Positions 1-12,965 of a DNA stretch of 64,000 bases are shown piece by piece. This stretch comes from Felis catus (Eukaryota). Within the stretch, counting starts at the first letter, position 1; every line of letters starts with the position of its first letter. The translations under genes and the position numbers were made by a program. The stretch is from contig NC_058368.1 of assembly GCF_018350175.1 (NCBI RefSeq), positions 96,040,001-96,104,000 on the forward strand, written 5' to 3'. The notes beneath the pieces are model-generated. The model saw only the letters and a list, made by a program, of their open reading frames with translations, was not told where the DNA came from and made no database searches.

Positions 1-3000
1 GCTGGAACTCGCACAGGAAAGATTGCTGCCACTTTAAGCTCATCTCTGCAATTTACTCACCTGTGTCTGTTAAACCCAGTTTTGAGGCACACACTGGAAT
101 TCAACTGTCTTTGGGCTTCAGCAGATTTCAAAAATGGGGTGTGGTACATTGTTTTGATATAACTTCTGACCTGGAAAGAACTATTTCTGAGCCTTAGAAC
201 AACTGTCGAAGGGTTAGAGCTTTCTAATAAGCTGGATATTGGCACCATAAATAAAACCCAAGACAGATACGTCGTCTCTTTCCAAGTGCGTAAGATACAC
301 CTGAAGACTTTGTGTTTTCATCTACAGGGGCCTTCGAAATACTGAAAGCTGTCTGCTCACCTTTGCCACGGTAGTCTAATGATTGACCCTTGAGGTACGT
401 ATTTTATTCTTTGTAGGCGACCCAGTGAAAACTTTGGTGTAAAATGATGGCAGAGCATTTTAGGAGTTACTTGTCCTGACTTGATTCACACAATAGGCAG
501 GCCTGGTTGAAAGGGAGACACCCAAGTCCATACAAGCAAGGCATCCAGAGTTTAAAATTATTGTTGTTTTTTTTGTTGTTGTTGTTTTGTTGCATTTTGA
601 AGCGTATGAATCTCCCATAGCCACAGTTCATTTAAGAAAAAGAGCAGAGCCCAATTTTCAGTTGAGAAGGCAGTGAGGGCCTTGCACAAATTCCTTTGTG
701 TTCTTTGTAACATCAGGCATTACAGTTTTTCATTCAAAACATGTAGGCGGATGATCAAACACACGTAGAGCAGTAAGTGATTTCTTCAAGTTAGAGCAAA
801 GCAGAGCAGGCTGTGTGGCCACTGTTTGGCAGGGGATTTTATATGCCCTGGTGACCACTTTCTACTTAATTTTCCTGTAGAACCTCTAAAGAAACTGTTA
901 AAAGGGATTCTCTCACCTTTTCAGCATGTGGGCAGGTTTTTCCTGCCACTTTGGCTTAAAATCGAAAACGTGAATTGTTGCATCGTGTTTACACTGACAG
1001 ACAGGTGCCCTTCCTGGGTCTCCCAATGCTTGCAAAGGCACCGAGGTTCATCAGGATAATGAATGTGGAAGGGAAAGTAAACAGCTGTTTCCACTAGTTC
1101 CTTCTAGAAAGCTCCTCCTAAGGCCTGCGCTCTAGGCTGAGGCCAGCTGAAAGCTGTAGATAAAATTGGCTGCTGACCGTCAAGGCTGCAGATCCAAAAG
1201 GAACTCAGTGTCTCCTGCGGTGAGACTCTTACACTGTTCCGTTCTCCTTCTCAGTACCAACGGTAATAACAGCATAGCGACAACATCACGCAGAATCTGT
1301 AAGTACAATACAATTATATCTGACAATAACGTTTGCAGCTACATTATAAATTTTTATACCCAGTAAATAACTGGTAAACAAAGGAATAAATCCTAAAACA
1401 CATTACAGAGTGATTTGCAAATAGTTTTCTTTTGTAATCTCTTTAACAAATATTAAGGTCTCTGTTTCACAGGAAAGTGCTATCCAGGTCATTGATATGA
1501 TTGACTTGATTCCACATGGATTAGTGAATGATAGAGGGGAGATCCAAATCAGTTTTCTGGTTCTGTGCTGATTTGTTTGGCCCGTGCCATGTGGAAAAAT
1601 TAATTTCCAGCTGCCAATTATTCCAACTGAGTCTGTCCCCTGGATAGCTAAGGCCATAACCCTTTATAGGTTGAGGGTGTTACCGGATTTTTCTCTACCC
1701 TTTATTTGATTGTCCTTCCTTCCTATTTAAGCTCACCCTGGGTTTCTCTGGAATCTCCAGCCATTGTCAGCAAAGATTATTGTGACCTGGAAGACAAGTC
1801 CACAATTACCCAGGTCAAAGTACAAGGTGATAAGCGCATTCAACTTTATTTGCCCATATTTTAAGAAAGAGGCTTCCAGGGAAAAGGGCAGATACATTTT
1901 AACGTTCTCACTACACTAATGAGATTAAGTTCCACCACTTTTGTGTCAGAGACAGCGCTAATGATCTACTTAAAAAAAAAAGGGGGGGGGGGAAGAAAGA
2001 AAGGAAAAAGGCGAGTCTCCCATTTCCTTTGAGAAAAACGCATTTATCTGCTCAACCAAGTTTACTGAGCATCTCCTTTTTGATAAGAACCATGTGACAT
2101 TCAAATGAGGGTGAGGGTGTGCAGATAGGCCATCACATGCTCCCTAAATGTGGGTGTATGTTTGGGTGGATGAAAGCACACATGAAATGATATTTTCTCT
2201 CAGCACTAGTCACTCATTGTAGTCATTGCCTTACAGAATTACCAGGATCACAGTGCCTCAGGCTTTGATTTCTGCTGGCAGGCATCTTCTCAGATGGAAC
2301 AGGTTGCATTCTCCTATAGGAACATGGAAAGGGAAATATCAATGCTTGGAGTCCTCGGGGAAGGGGAGACATGCCCAAAGCAAGATCCAACTTCTGTGCT
2401 ACCATGTACCTGGGGTAGGTTCCTTGATAGGGCCTGAGGCCCCTGCTCAAGTCAGATCCCCAGTCATTTGCCCTCATGGGCTGGGTCACAGTCACGGCTA
2501 TGGGAGGATATCTAGATTGGATGCCATGTGCTGGACTAGAGCTTTTTTAGTCCCATATATGGGAAATTAGGAATTAATATTCATAGATTACAGCAGCCCT
2601 TTATAGTAAGAGGGATTTATGAGGACCTGGCTTTGCAAAAAGGAGATAGGCTGAGGATGGCAAGCCTACTGGCCTTGATTCTTCATACACTCTAGGAACA
2701 TAGGGCTGGACATCTCCCCTGAAATTTGGAACTGTCTTTGTGGTTAGAGGTGGGCCACCACCTCCATGGCTGTTACACACCATGACAATCCCCTAGCACC
2801 TCAACTGCCATCACATACCAGCACTTATCGGACAAAGAATTTGTGAGTGAACTGAAAGGTCAGAGTTATGAAAACGCCCAAGAGGGTGTTGGTTACGGGA
2901 GATTGGCAGACTATCTATTGGCAGAGTATTGTTGATCCTCTTGGTTTGAGCTTCAAGAATTGATGGCTAACATCATAGGTCTCTGATCTTGCATGACTCT

Positions 3001-3326
3001 CTATCTGTTTCAATCCTTCATGTCAGAGCAGGGTATCACAAAGCACCAATGGTGATCTTGTATGATTAATATAGAAGTGGAAATGTACTCAACCTCCCGC
3101 TGTACCTTGTCAGTACAAAAAGGTTTAGGTGTTTTAAAAAATGATTCCTGTGGGGGTTATGAACTTTGTAAGGATAAAAGGTCAGATTTTTAGGCTATAT
3201 GACCTTTAGACATGTCTTCAACAAATGGGAGTCCCCTTGCCTACATTGTTAGGGAAAGAGCGAGTTTGCCCTCACACTGGTCAATGCAAGAACCATGTAA
3301 AGATAGTCATAGAAAGGGTACTATAG

Positions 3327-3497
3327 TTGGTGGTGGACAGATAAATGGTGTCTAAGGGGAAAAGTCTCCTTTATGTCATATTTGCCAGTGTTTGCTGTGT
3401 AAATTCTTCCACCATGTTACTTTAACAAGTGGCTCTCAAGATTCCTGAACATTTAACAGTTGGCTTTTGCAAGCCTTTATAAGGTGGTTCCAGTAGA
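3327..3497. mobile_element. MER63-like hAT DNA transposon relic
   Basis: TTTGCCAGTGTTTGCTGTGTAAATTCTTCCACCATG and GGCTCTCAAGATTCCTGAACATTTAACAGTTGGCT resemble the recalled MER63A consensus; boundaries approximate. Confidence 0.55.
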
Positions 3498-3869
3498 GGG
3501 TTTATAACTCATGCTTCCGACACAAAAAACAAATGTACCTTGATAGATCCTAGTTTACTCTTTTGGATCAGTGAAATTAATTACAAAAAGATCAATTCTC
3601 CCTCTCCATTTGGGTTGAGAATGCATGAGAATCAGATCATTCTGTTTTAGGTTGCCAGGCCCCAAAGTCATATCCCAAGGATATCCTTACTCTTAACTGG
3701 GATACAGTGAGTTGAGCTTATAGACTTAGAGAGGTGTCAAAGTCAGGTGCATACAGAGCAGGGCTAAACTGGATTGTCAGGAAGGGAATCTGAAGAATTG
3801 ACAATGACGTAAGAAGTAAAAGAAGTAAAAATCAAGAATTGTAAAAATCCTCGAACACAAGTATTTATT

Positions 3870-4100
3870 TATTTATTTTTTACTTTTTTTTACTTTTTTT
3901 TTCACGTTTATTTATTTTTGGGACAGAGAGAGAGCATGAACGGGGGAGGGGCAGAGAGAGAGGGAGACACAGAATCGGAAACAGGCTCCAGGCTCTGAGC
4001 CATCAGCCCAGAGCCTGACGCGGGGCTCGAACTCACGGACCGCGAGATCGTGACCTGGCTGAAGTCGGACGCTTAACCGACTGCGCCACCCAGGCGCCCC
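3870..4100 (-). mobile_element. Young felid CanSINE (SINEC_Fc type, tRNA-derived)
   Basis: Minus strand reads GGGGCGCCTGGGTGGCGCAGTCGGTTAAGCGTCCGAC, then a CT tract and A tail; CpGs retained; TSD CACAAG(T/A)ATTTATT at 3856-3869 and 4101-4114. Confidence 0.97.
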
Positions 4101-4289
4101 CACAAGAATTTATTTTTATCTTCATGCCTTCCTTGAATACTAACCAATTTTTGCCCTTACGGACCATATATACTCTTGTAAGGGGACGAAGAAATCAAAA
4201 CACAAGTAGTTGAAGACAGTTAAAGGTAGCAGCATATGCAAACATTAATTAAAATTAAATGAGCTGTTGAAGTAGAAACTGACAGAGTT

Positions 4290-4740
4290 GAGGTTTAAAA
4301 AAGGAATTCAGAGATCATTCTGAAAAAGTAACATTCAAACCAAGACCTGAGTGCTTAATCAGCAGGGCAAACACGTAGAGTCAGCCAGATAAAAGTAATA
4401 ACAAATATAAGGTACCCTAAGCCAGGAAAATGCTCCGTAAGTTCAAGTGACACCTACTATGGCTGGGACCCCCTGAAGGAACTTGGAGAAGGTCTGTTGA
4501 AGATGAGGCCAAACAAATAAGCAGGCATAGATGACATGGGGTCTTCATATGCCCTAGCAAGTCTTAGAATTCTTTTTAATTTTAATGAGAAATCTTTGGA
4601 GGGTTTAAAAGAGCTGGCGATGCCTGATTTGTTTTTTTCAAAAGATTGCTCCATTTGCTTACAGGGCATTTGGGCGGCAAAGGAATAATGGAGTGGATGG
4701 GTTTGGGCTGATCTGGAAAAATTCAGAGGCAGACCGCTAT
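4290..4740 (-). mobile_element. L2 LINE fragment (ancient)
   Basis: AATGAGAAATCTTTGGAGGGTTTAAAAGAG...TGATTTGTTTTTTTCAAAAGATTGCTC resembles antisense L2 3' region; boundaries approximate. Confidence 0.5.
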
Positions 4741-6049
4741 AGTCGCTCATCGACAACCCTAGCGCAGATTTGCAGATGGACGGAGCTCAAAGGGGGCAAA
4801 ATACAGGCTTGGCTCTAAAAGGAACTGACACCTTCTGTACTGAAGGAACATAGAATCACAGGTTTTTGTTAGCTTAACTGAGAGCAATGACACCCAGTGG
4901 TACAATGTGTCTGGCACAGCACAGTCCAATCCAACTTTGAAATTAAATGCTTGAATGAAACGGAGCCTACCTCAACTTTTATATTGATGGTTGCTACTGC
5001 AAATGATTGGTTGAGTCAGCAGAATCCTAGCAGAAAAGTGAAACTTGGAAACTCTCTAACAAATCACAGCTCAAAGAATAAAATTTAGTGAATAGCTTTC
5101 CCCAAAGAAATGAATTAAGGAGAGACCATTCATTTTCTGTTTAATTGGCAAAAAAGCCCTTCATGTGATGATTTTAATTGTGTATCCCATGGGCAGACAT
5201 ACGTTTCATGAATTCACTACGGATTTAGAAGGTCATAGACAACAAAAGCATTTCTTCCATTATGTCTATTTACGGATTCTAAGTTTCAGTAATTAACTCA
5301 GAAATGGAATAAACCATTTTTAATTAACCTGAACATGCAACCTGTAAGAGGTTCATTTTTCTATAAAGTTTTAAAATGATTCTTTATGAATTCATTCATT
5401 TTCATTACACAAAAATAAAATTCTAGATTGAGGTTTTAGTCACATACTAATGGGCCTCAAAATTCATTAGTGTTACTTACCATTAAGAGATACACTTGAA
5501 AGATATATTTGCAAGTCTCGTTCATGATGAATTTTCAATCTTGTAATTATAATAAGACAATGGCAGTAAAATACAGTGGCTGCCATATGCCTTTGAAGTA
5601 TTTCTCTTTAAAAAGTAATTTCTTATATTGTCTACAAATCAGATAGATGATGATTGTGTTTGCAAATTTATCGCATTAAGCTGTTTCAGACCTACTATCA
5701 AAGACCAAAGATATGCTTGTTAAAAATAAATGATAACCAGTTCAGGTCATTACCTTTGTAATTAACATCCAGTAGTTATTGACAATAAGTACAATATGTA
5801 AAGTACGTATCGTCATGTATGTATTGACAACATGACAGATTTACCTGAAACACATCCATACCCATCATATGTAGTCAGTTTCCTGAGTGTGAAATGTCTT
5901 CCAGCAAATCTTGCATGTAACAGCTGTTGATAGCATTGTCTAGGTTCAATATTTGTGCGAATAGTAGCCTGTGACTTATAATGCGTTAACACTTAGGCTG
6001 ACCACTAATACTGTTGACTGGGAAAATGGTAAGAGTATTCTGATGAGAG

Positions 6050-6180
6050 CTAGAGAGAGAGAAGAGGGGAGAAGAAGAAGAAGGAGATGAAGGTGATTAA
6101 CTAGCATCAGAAGAACAAGAAGAGGAAGAGGAGGAAAAGGGAGGCAAGAAGGCAGAAGAGGAAATAATGGGGGTGGTGGA
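6050..6180. repeat. Purine-rich (GA/GAA/GGA) low-complexity tract
   Basis: Seen directly; explains the Leu/Pro-rich minus-strand ORF 5976-6344. Confidence 0.8.
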
Positions 6181-6343
6181 AACAGCTGTCCTATTCTTGG
6201 TTCATTGGGTGAATCTGGGAAGTGACAATCACCATCCACTTCCCCAGTAGGAAATCCAGACTGCGTGTCACCATCTCCACCATCTTGACAATACCAAAAC
6301 CTTATGTAGAATGTTACAATTTCACATAACATCTCCCAGGTCA

Positions 6344-8080
6344 TTTTTTTTTTTTGATGTGAAATTTATTGTCAAATTGGTTTCCATACAACACCTGTGC
6401 TCATCCCAACAGGTGCCCTCCTCAATGCCTATCACCCATCCTCCACTCCCTCCCACCTCATCAACCCTCAGTTTATTCTCAGTCTTTAAGAGTCTCATAC
6501 AGTTTGCCTCCTTCTCTCTCTATAACTTTTTTTTTCCCCTTCCCCTCCCTCATGGTCTTCTGTTAAGCTTCTCAGGATCCACATAAGAGTGAAAACATAT
6601 GGTATCTATGTTTCTCTGTATGACTTATTTCACTTAGCATAACACTCTCCAGTTCCATCCACATTGCTACAAAAGGCCATATTTCATTCTTTCTCTTTAC
6701 AAAGTAGTATTCCATTGTATATATAAACCACGACTTCTTTTTCCATTCATCAGTTGATGGACATTTAGGCTCTTTCCATAATTTGGCTATTGTTGAAAGT
6801 GCTGCTATAAACATTGGGGTACAAGTGGCCCTGTGCATCAGCACTCCTGTATCCCTTGGGTAAATTCCTAGCAGTGCTACTGCTGGGTCATAGGATAGAT
6901 CTGTTTTTAATTTTTTGAGGAACTCCCACACTGTTTTCCAGAGCGGCTGCACCAATTTGCATTCCCACCAACAGTGCAGGAGGGTTCCCATTTCTCCACA
7001 TCCTCTCCAGCATCTATAGTCTCCTAATTTGTTTATTTTAGCCACCCTGACTGGCATGAGGTGATATTTCAGTGTGGTTTTGTTTTGTATTTCCCTGATG
7101 AGGAGAGCCGTTGAGCATCTTTTCATGTGCCTGTTGGCCATCTGGATGGCTTCTTTAGAGAAGCGTCTATTCATGTTTTCTGCCCATTTCTTCACTGGAT
7201 TATTTGTTTTTCAGGTGTGGAGTTTGGTGAGTTCTTTATATATTTTGGATACTAGCCCTTTGTCCGATATGTCATTTGCAAATATCTTTTCCCATTCCGT
7301 TGGTTGCCTTTTAGTTTTATTGATTATTTCCTTTGCAGTGCAAAAGCTTTTTATCTTCATGAGGTCCCAGTAGTTCATTTTTGCTTTTAATTCCCTTGCC
7401 TTTGGAGATGTATCAAGTAAGAAATTGCTGCGGCTGATGTCAGAGAGGTTTTTTCCTGCTTTCTCCTCCAGGGTTTTGATGGTTTCGTGTCTCACATTCG
7501 GGTCCTTTATCGATTTTGAGTTTATTTTTGTGAATGGTGTAAGTGGTCTAGTTTCAATCTTCCACATGTTGCTGTCCAGTTCTCCCAGCACCATTTGTTA
7601 AAGAGACTGTCTTTTTTCCATTGGATATTCTTTCCTGCCTTGTCAAAGATTAGTCGGCCGTACGTTTGTGGGTCTAGTTCTGGGGTTTCTATTTTATTCC
7701 ATTGGTCTCTGTGTCTGTTTTTGTGCCAATGCCATGTTGTCTTGTTGATTACAGCTTTGTAATAGGGGCTAAAGTCTGGGATTGTGATGCCTCCTGCTTT
7801 GGTCTTCTTCAATATTACGTTGGCTATTTGGGGCCTTTTGTGGTTCCATACAAATTTTAGGATTGCTTGTTCTAGCTTCGAGAAGAAAGCTGGTGTAATT
7901 TTGGTTGGGATTGCATTGAATGTGTAGATAGCTTTGGGTAGTATTGACATTTTGACAATATTTATTCTTCCAATCCATGAGCACGGAATGTTTTTCCATT
8001 TCTTTATATCTTCTTCAATTTCTTTCATATGCTTTCTATAGTTTTCAGCATACAGATCGTTTACATCTTTGGTTAGGTTT
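6344..8080 (-). mobile_element. Felid LINE-1 (L1_Fc type), 5'-truncated, ORF2 C-terminal part disrupted
   Basis: ORF track 7522-8091, 7211-7594 and 6572-7195 give consecutive ORF2 peptides ([18 protein letters not shown]...[14 protein letters not shown]...SLLCGS) broken by a frameshift near 7540 and a stop at 7211; 3' UTR and poly(A) at 6344-6570. Confidence 0.97.
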
Positions 8081-8149
8081 TTTATATGCAAGCCAAGTAT
8101 TTTTTAAGTCAAATAGAATTTTTGAGAGAGAGAATTTTCTCTTCCTTGG

Positions 8150-8640
8150 GATCATACAGTGTTCTGCTTATGGGGAACAGACTCATTCTGGTTATTTCAG
8201 CATTAGAAAGTTGTTTGTAAGGACACAGCAGGACCACATGGGTCAGGCCTCTGAAAAAGAGCAGGAGCTACAGGATAACTATGCCTCATGATAGGTTCCC
8301 AGGATCCTTGGAAGTTAGCTGAAGGGATTATTTGGTAAGCCTCTAGCAGTAGAATTTCACTGTTCTTTGCCTGCCCCTGTCAGTTATCAGTTAACTTTTC
8401 TCATTTATTCTCCCACTTAAACCAACTCATCCATTTCCCCGGAGTTTTTATTTAATTACCACCTTTCTTATTTGGGAGGAGCTTTGGCATTATACTGTAA
8501 GAAAGACCCCTGGCAAACCTACCCATGAGTTCCTTTTTGAGTTGCATGTCACTCCTGTCCAATCAACTGTGATCAGGAGGCTAGGTCAATAGTTGCGACA
8601 GATTCCTTTCCAGGAGGGCCATGGGAATGGCTGCCGTTTT
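8150..8640. mobile_element. Possible ancient MaLR (MLT1-type) LTR relic
   Basis: GCTTATGGGGAACAGACTCATTCTGGTTATTTCAGC and CATGTCACTCCTGTCCAATCAACTGTGATCAGGAGG resemble MLT1 motifs; highly decayed. Confidence 0.35.
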
Positions 8641-10061
8641 GATGTTTGGTTCCTACAGTCACCAAATTTTTAAGGTAGGATTCTGGTTTAGCTCCCAAAG
8701 CTCACCTTCCAGAATATTAGTATCTCAGTAATCCATTTCATGGAAATAAAAGAAGAAAAACCATATCAAAGGGGGAAATTTTTATATAAAATTCTCATGG
8801 CCGTCTAGTCATACTGGAAAGTGAAATGTCTCTTAAAGTAAGCAAGCCCCTGAATTTCTGAAAGCACATTCATTTCGTTATTTATCACATTTATATTGAC
8901 TTTTTTGAACTAAACAAATTCCCAGGCCCACCTTCCCACCCCGCTGTCAGCTTTCATGGGTCTTAAATTATGTTAGTAAATGATGCTAGTGGGACTAGGA
9001 AGAATTTTATATTTGAAATTAAATGGTGATGTCTCTCTTCTGGCACAGTCTGCTCTGACAAGATGCTGCTAGAGAACTGCATAATGAGACTGCTAGAGAA
9101 CCAGCCATAGTCATGACATTCAACTTCAGTGTCCAATTTCACGTTGCCTTAAAATGATGAGGGATAATGGCATAAAATCAGTTTTTGAACATCAACTTTT
9201 GACCTAGCTCATTCAGTTCTTAAGGCAAAAGTGGGTCCGTTGGCCAAGGTATTTGGGGCATTTTCTTCAGTTTTTAGCACAATGGTACTCTTAAAATAAA
9301 ACATACATTGGCTTGCATGAAATGTTACTGTTATTTGGGACTGAGAAACTACCACCTGGAAGAGACTATTTCTCAAGAGCGATAGGACAGCACATACCAT
9401 GAAATTATAGTAACAACAGCTGAACACTGATCCATCTGGAAACTTTAAACAATGCATCTGGCAATTTACAGGTAATAACTTGCCACTTTTGACAGAAAAT
9501 GTCATAAATATTTCTTATTATTACCAAACAAGACACCTGTGAGCTCAGAGCGAACCTTTATAAATCTAGGGGCCATATTGGCTGGCTGTCCATAAAGTCA
9601 GCTAATCTTTCAAATTGGAAAATGCTATAAACATGCAAAGGAGTCATAAGATTTGTGAATAAAAGTAAACTGTTTGACAGTGGAGTGCAGTTGGATTTTA
9701 AATGTAAGTGGGTCTTGGACATGATAATCATGGATCCCTGTTTTCCTGGGACTCTGCTGGTTTATGCCATTGGCCCTGTTGAATTGTTAAAGGTGTTCTT
9801 CTTTCACTCTGAAACGTGTTCTTGCCCCCCACATTGAAAGATAAATTATATCTTGTCCTTAGTCTTCACACATTTATGCTCCAGAGGTCAAAAAAAGTGA
9901 GAAAGAACTGAAGAAGAATTTAGGCCTCCAACTGTTATGAAAAATGGTAATGAAAAAGCTGTTGAGTTTTATTTGAGGACATCATTGCTTTAGTGTCACC
10001 TGTCATATTATGGTCCCCTCTGAGAAGATAAGGAAGGCTTTCAGGAACAGCAGGCTGGATT

Positions 10062-10292
10062 GAGATAGACATATATAAATTTGTAGGTAGGTAGATGGAT
10101 GGATGGATGAAGATGCTAGGAAGATAGATGATAGGCAGATGATAAATAGATAGTAGATAAAGAGAGATTAATATACATGATAAATACATGATAGTAGATA
10201 AAGATAGGTAAAATAGGTGATAGATTATGAAGATAGAGATGATAAAGAAAGAGATGATAGATTGATATAGGAGAAAGAGAAAGAAAGAGACA
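10062..10292. repeat. Degenerate (GATA/GGAT/GGTA)n tetranucleotide repeat
   Basis: Seen directly; explains the ORFs at 9935-10325. Confidence 0.9.
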
Positions 10293-12780
10293 CCTATATA
10301 CATACTGTATGTATAATGAGCTCAACTCTGTACTCAGCTAATTACAATTCCTCTAATGTTCTTTCTGAGAAGTAATGCTGAGCTGTTTGCATTTTCTAGC
10401 TCCCCAGTGATGCACCACTCTTTTGAAAATCAGTAGATATGTTTTATGCATCCTCTAAAAATCCATGCAAAGGAAGACACCATTTATAGAAAATCTCAAC
10501 TCAAGCTTAATTTTGTAAAGACCAGGAATAACTGTATTGAACATAGAAATTCAACTTCTAACTCAATGAATTAACTTAGTATGATGAAGATAACTTTATC
10601 ACATCATCAATAATTTGAAAGATAGAACATTTTCAAAAGAATAGAGTTTTGAACTAATTGAACTTCACCAATATCCCTTTTGAACACATGGTAAAACTTT
10701 ATTGCAACGAGCGGTAGTTTCTTCCCGTTACAAACTAGTTCCTCCTTTCATGGGCCATCTTTCCTCATTTTTGAACTTCATCTTGTCCTCAAGTAACTTA
10801 TTCAGCAAGAGGGGCTAGCATTTTCTACATAATGAAAATCAAGTAATTTAAATCTCAGGCTTTCATCAGCAGATGAAATTGAATTAAATCAACAAAGAAA
10901 ACTAGGGTAGAAATATTCAAACCATGCTTTTCCTGAAGCAGTCAGTACACACATCTATGGAATGAGATCAAGGGTGAAACTGTGAGGGAAATTGGTGAAG
11001 TTTCATAATAATCTTTTAGGAGGCTAAACTAGAATATTTGCAGTTATATAGTGTTTGTTTGTTGTTTTTTTTTAACAAGACCTCAAAGTCATATTATATA
11101 TAGGTGTATATATCTTGGCTATAAGCCACCAATGTGGCAAAAAGAAGGAAGATGAATACTCATGCATTAATTATCTTCTTGCCCTAGTTAACAATGCATT
11201 TTAATTAAGACGGCCCATTTCATTATCACCCCAAGATAGTCATGTAATATCTGAAATTCACAAGTTCTTTATAAAAATGTTGCTGTCATTGATAGTAAAT
11301 TAAGCAATATATTGCTTTATTCATAATTAAGGTATAGGTACCCTCAAATTTAAATGGATACTGTCCAAAAGAGAAACATAAATAAGAATTGATGAGTGGA
11401 ATTGAAAATATTATTTGAACTTAAAGCCACTAGTTATATTCATATTTATATCTTTTTAAGATCATTTTTATCTGTCTATACATGCCTGTATCACTATGCC
11501 GCTTTTGTTGGTGGTATAATGAGATAAGTTTTTGTCCATCCATCCATCCTTACTCCATAGTGCTGCTTCAAGGTCACGTTGCAGAAAGAGTAGTGGCTTT
11601 GGGAAGCAGTGAGGTGAAGAAACACTCAAAAACTTCTTGGGTTTATAGATCTCTACAAGTCTTACCTTGATTGGTGGCAAAATCAAAGCAGTGCCTATTT
11701 AGCATAGCTCAAGAAATCCATCTCTGCGTACCAGGATACCTGTACTCCCTTGTCTCTGAAATACCAGGTCTGGAGATTATACTAGCTTGGAAGACAGGTA
11801 TCTTAGTCATGGCCATGGAGGGCCCCTGGAATCAAGTTCAATTCTGACTTGAATATGTGTCTCATCTTGTCAAGTACTTATCCTTTATTGCCAGGGAACA
11901 TTTTGGATTATATTGAGGATGGTCAGTGTTGTTACCCTTTACCTTTCTTTCTCTTCTCCTCCTTTTCTTCTTCTTACATTCATGGAAAGTATAGTTTCTC
12001 ATTTCCGGGGAGGTCAGGGAAAGGGATCAATGACACCAATCTGCTGAAGATTTTTTGTTAGTTCATAATGAGTGGAATCTTTAATGGCTTTCTTCTGTAT
12101 CTCTGGAGAATATTTTGTAACTGAATGAAATGGGGCCCTAAATATATGCAAACCTTCACTTTTAGAGACTATACTCCTGTCTTGTACAACTCATTTTTGT
12201 GCCTTTGTTTTCCTTTTGATTTCCTACTCTTTTGTATTGCCAAGTAATCAGTCCTAAAAAGGCAACAGCCCTTCCTAATAGAAATGCTTCCAGATAGTGG
12301 ATCAAGAATATAGTCCTTGAAACACCCACTAACATAATTAATTTGAAGTTCATACACCTCTCTCCCCAGGAGAGAAGAATGGCCTTTGCTTTTGAAGTCC
12401 CAGATGGACTAAGTTACTTGTGAAATAAAATACCTACTCCGTGTCTGTGTAACACTGAGTATTTTATCTAAAAGTGTCAATAGTTAAAACATTTGAAATC
12501 ATAGTAACAAATACAATTCTGAGTTGCTAAAAATTTACCTCTGGCATCACCTCTTTTCCCTGTCACATCTCCCTCCAAGATCTGGTGACGCCCCTTGACT
12601 GATTATCTGACCAGAATCCCCCTTTGGATTCTGGCTCAAATTACACTTTCCAGGCACCCCCACATATCTGGATGGAGATATCATGAACAGTGTGGAAAGC
12701 ACATGAGTCAGACAAGCTTCTGCCAGTTCTGGAACATTAAACAAGTAATTTTAGCGCTTGAAATACTAACTTCCTTCTTT

Positions 12781-12965
12781 TTTTTTTAATGTTTATTTTG
12801 AGAGAGAGAGAAAGTGAGAGTGAGAGACAGAGTGCAAGTGGAGGGGTGCATAGAGAGAGGGAGAACACAGAATCTGAAGCAGGCTCCAGGCTCTGAGCTG
12901 TCAACACAGAGCCTGACGTGGGGCTTGAATTCGTGAACCACAAGCTCATGACTGGACGTGAAAGA
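12781..12965 (-). mobile_element. CanSINE, 5'-truncated
   Basis: Body and tail present, the GGGGCGCCTGGGTGGC head absent; TSD AACTTCCTTCTTT at 12768-12780 and 12966-12978. Confidence 0.93.

Noticed and set aside
2220..3320. GC-richer segment with overlapping 90-114 aa ORFs
   Set aside because: No recognisable protein similarity or splice structure; may be an old LTR relic but I cannot assign it
3870..4100. tRNA genes
   Set aside because: The A/B-box-like heads throughout the window belong to tRNA-derived CanSINEs with CT tracts, A tails and TSDs; none is a stand-alone tRNA
9935..10325. 122-aa Ile/Tyr/Leu/Ser-rich ORF
   Set aside because: Antisense reading of a degenerate (GATA)n repeat
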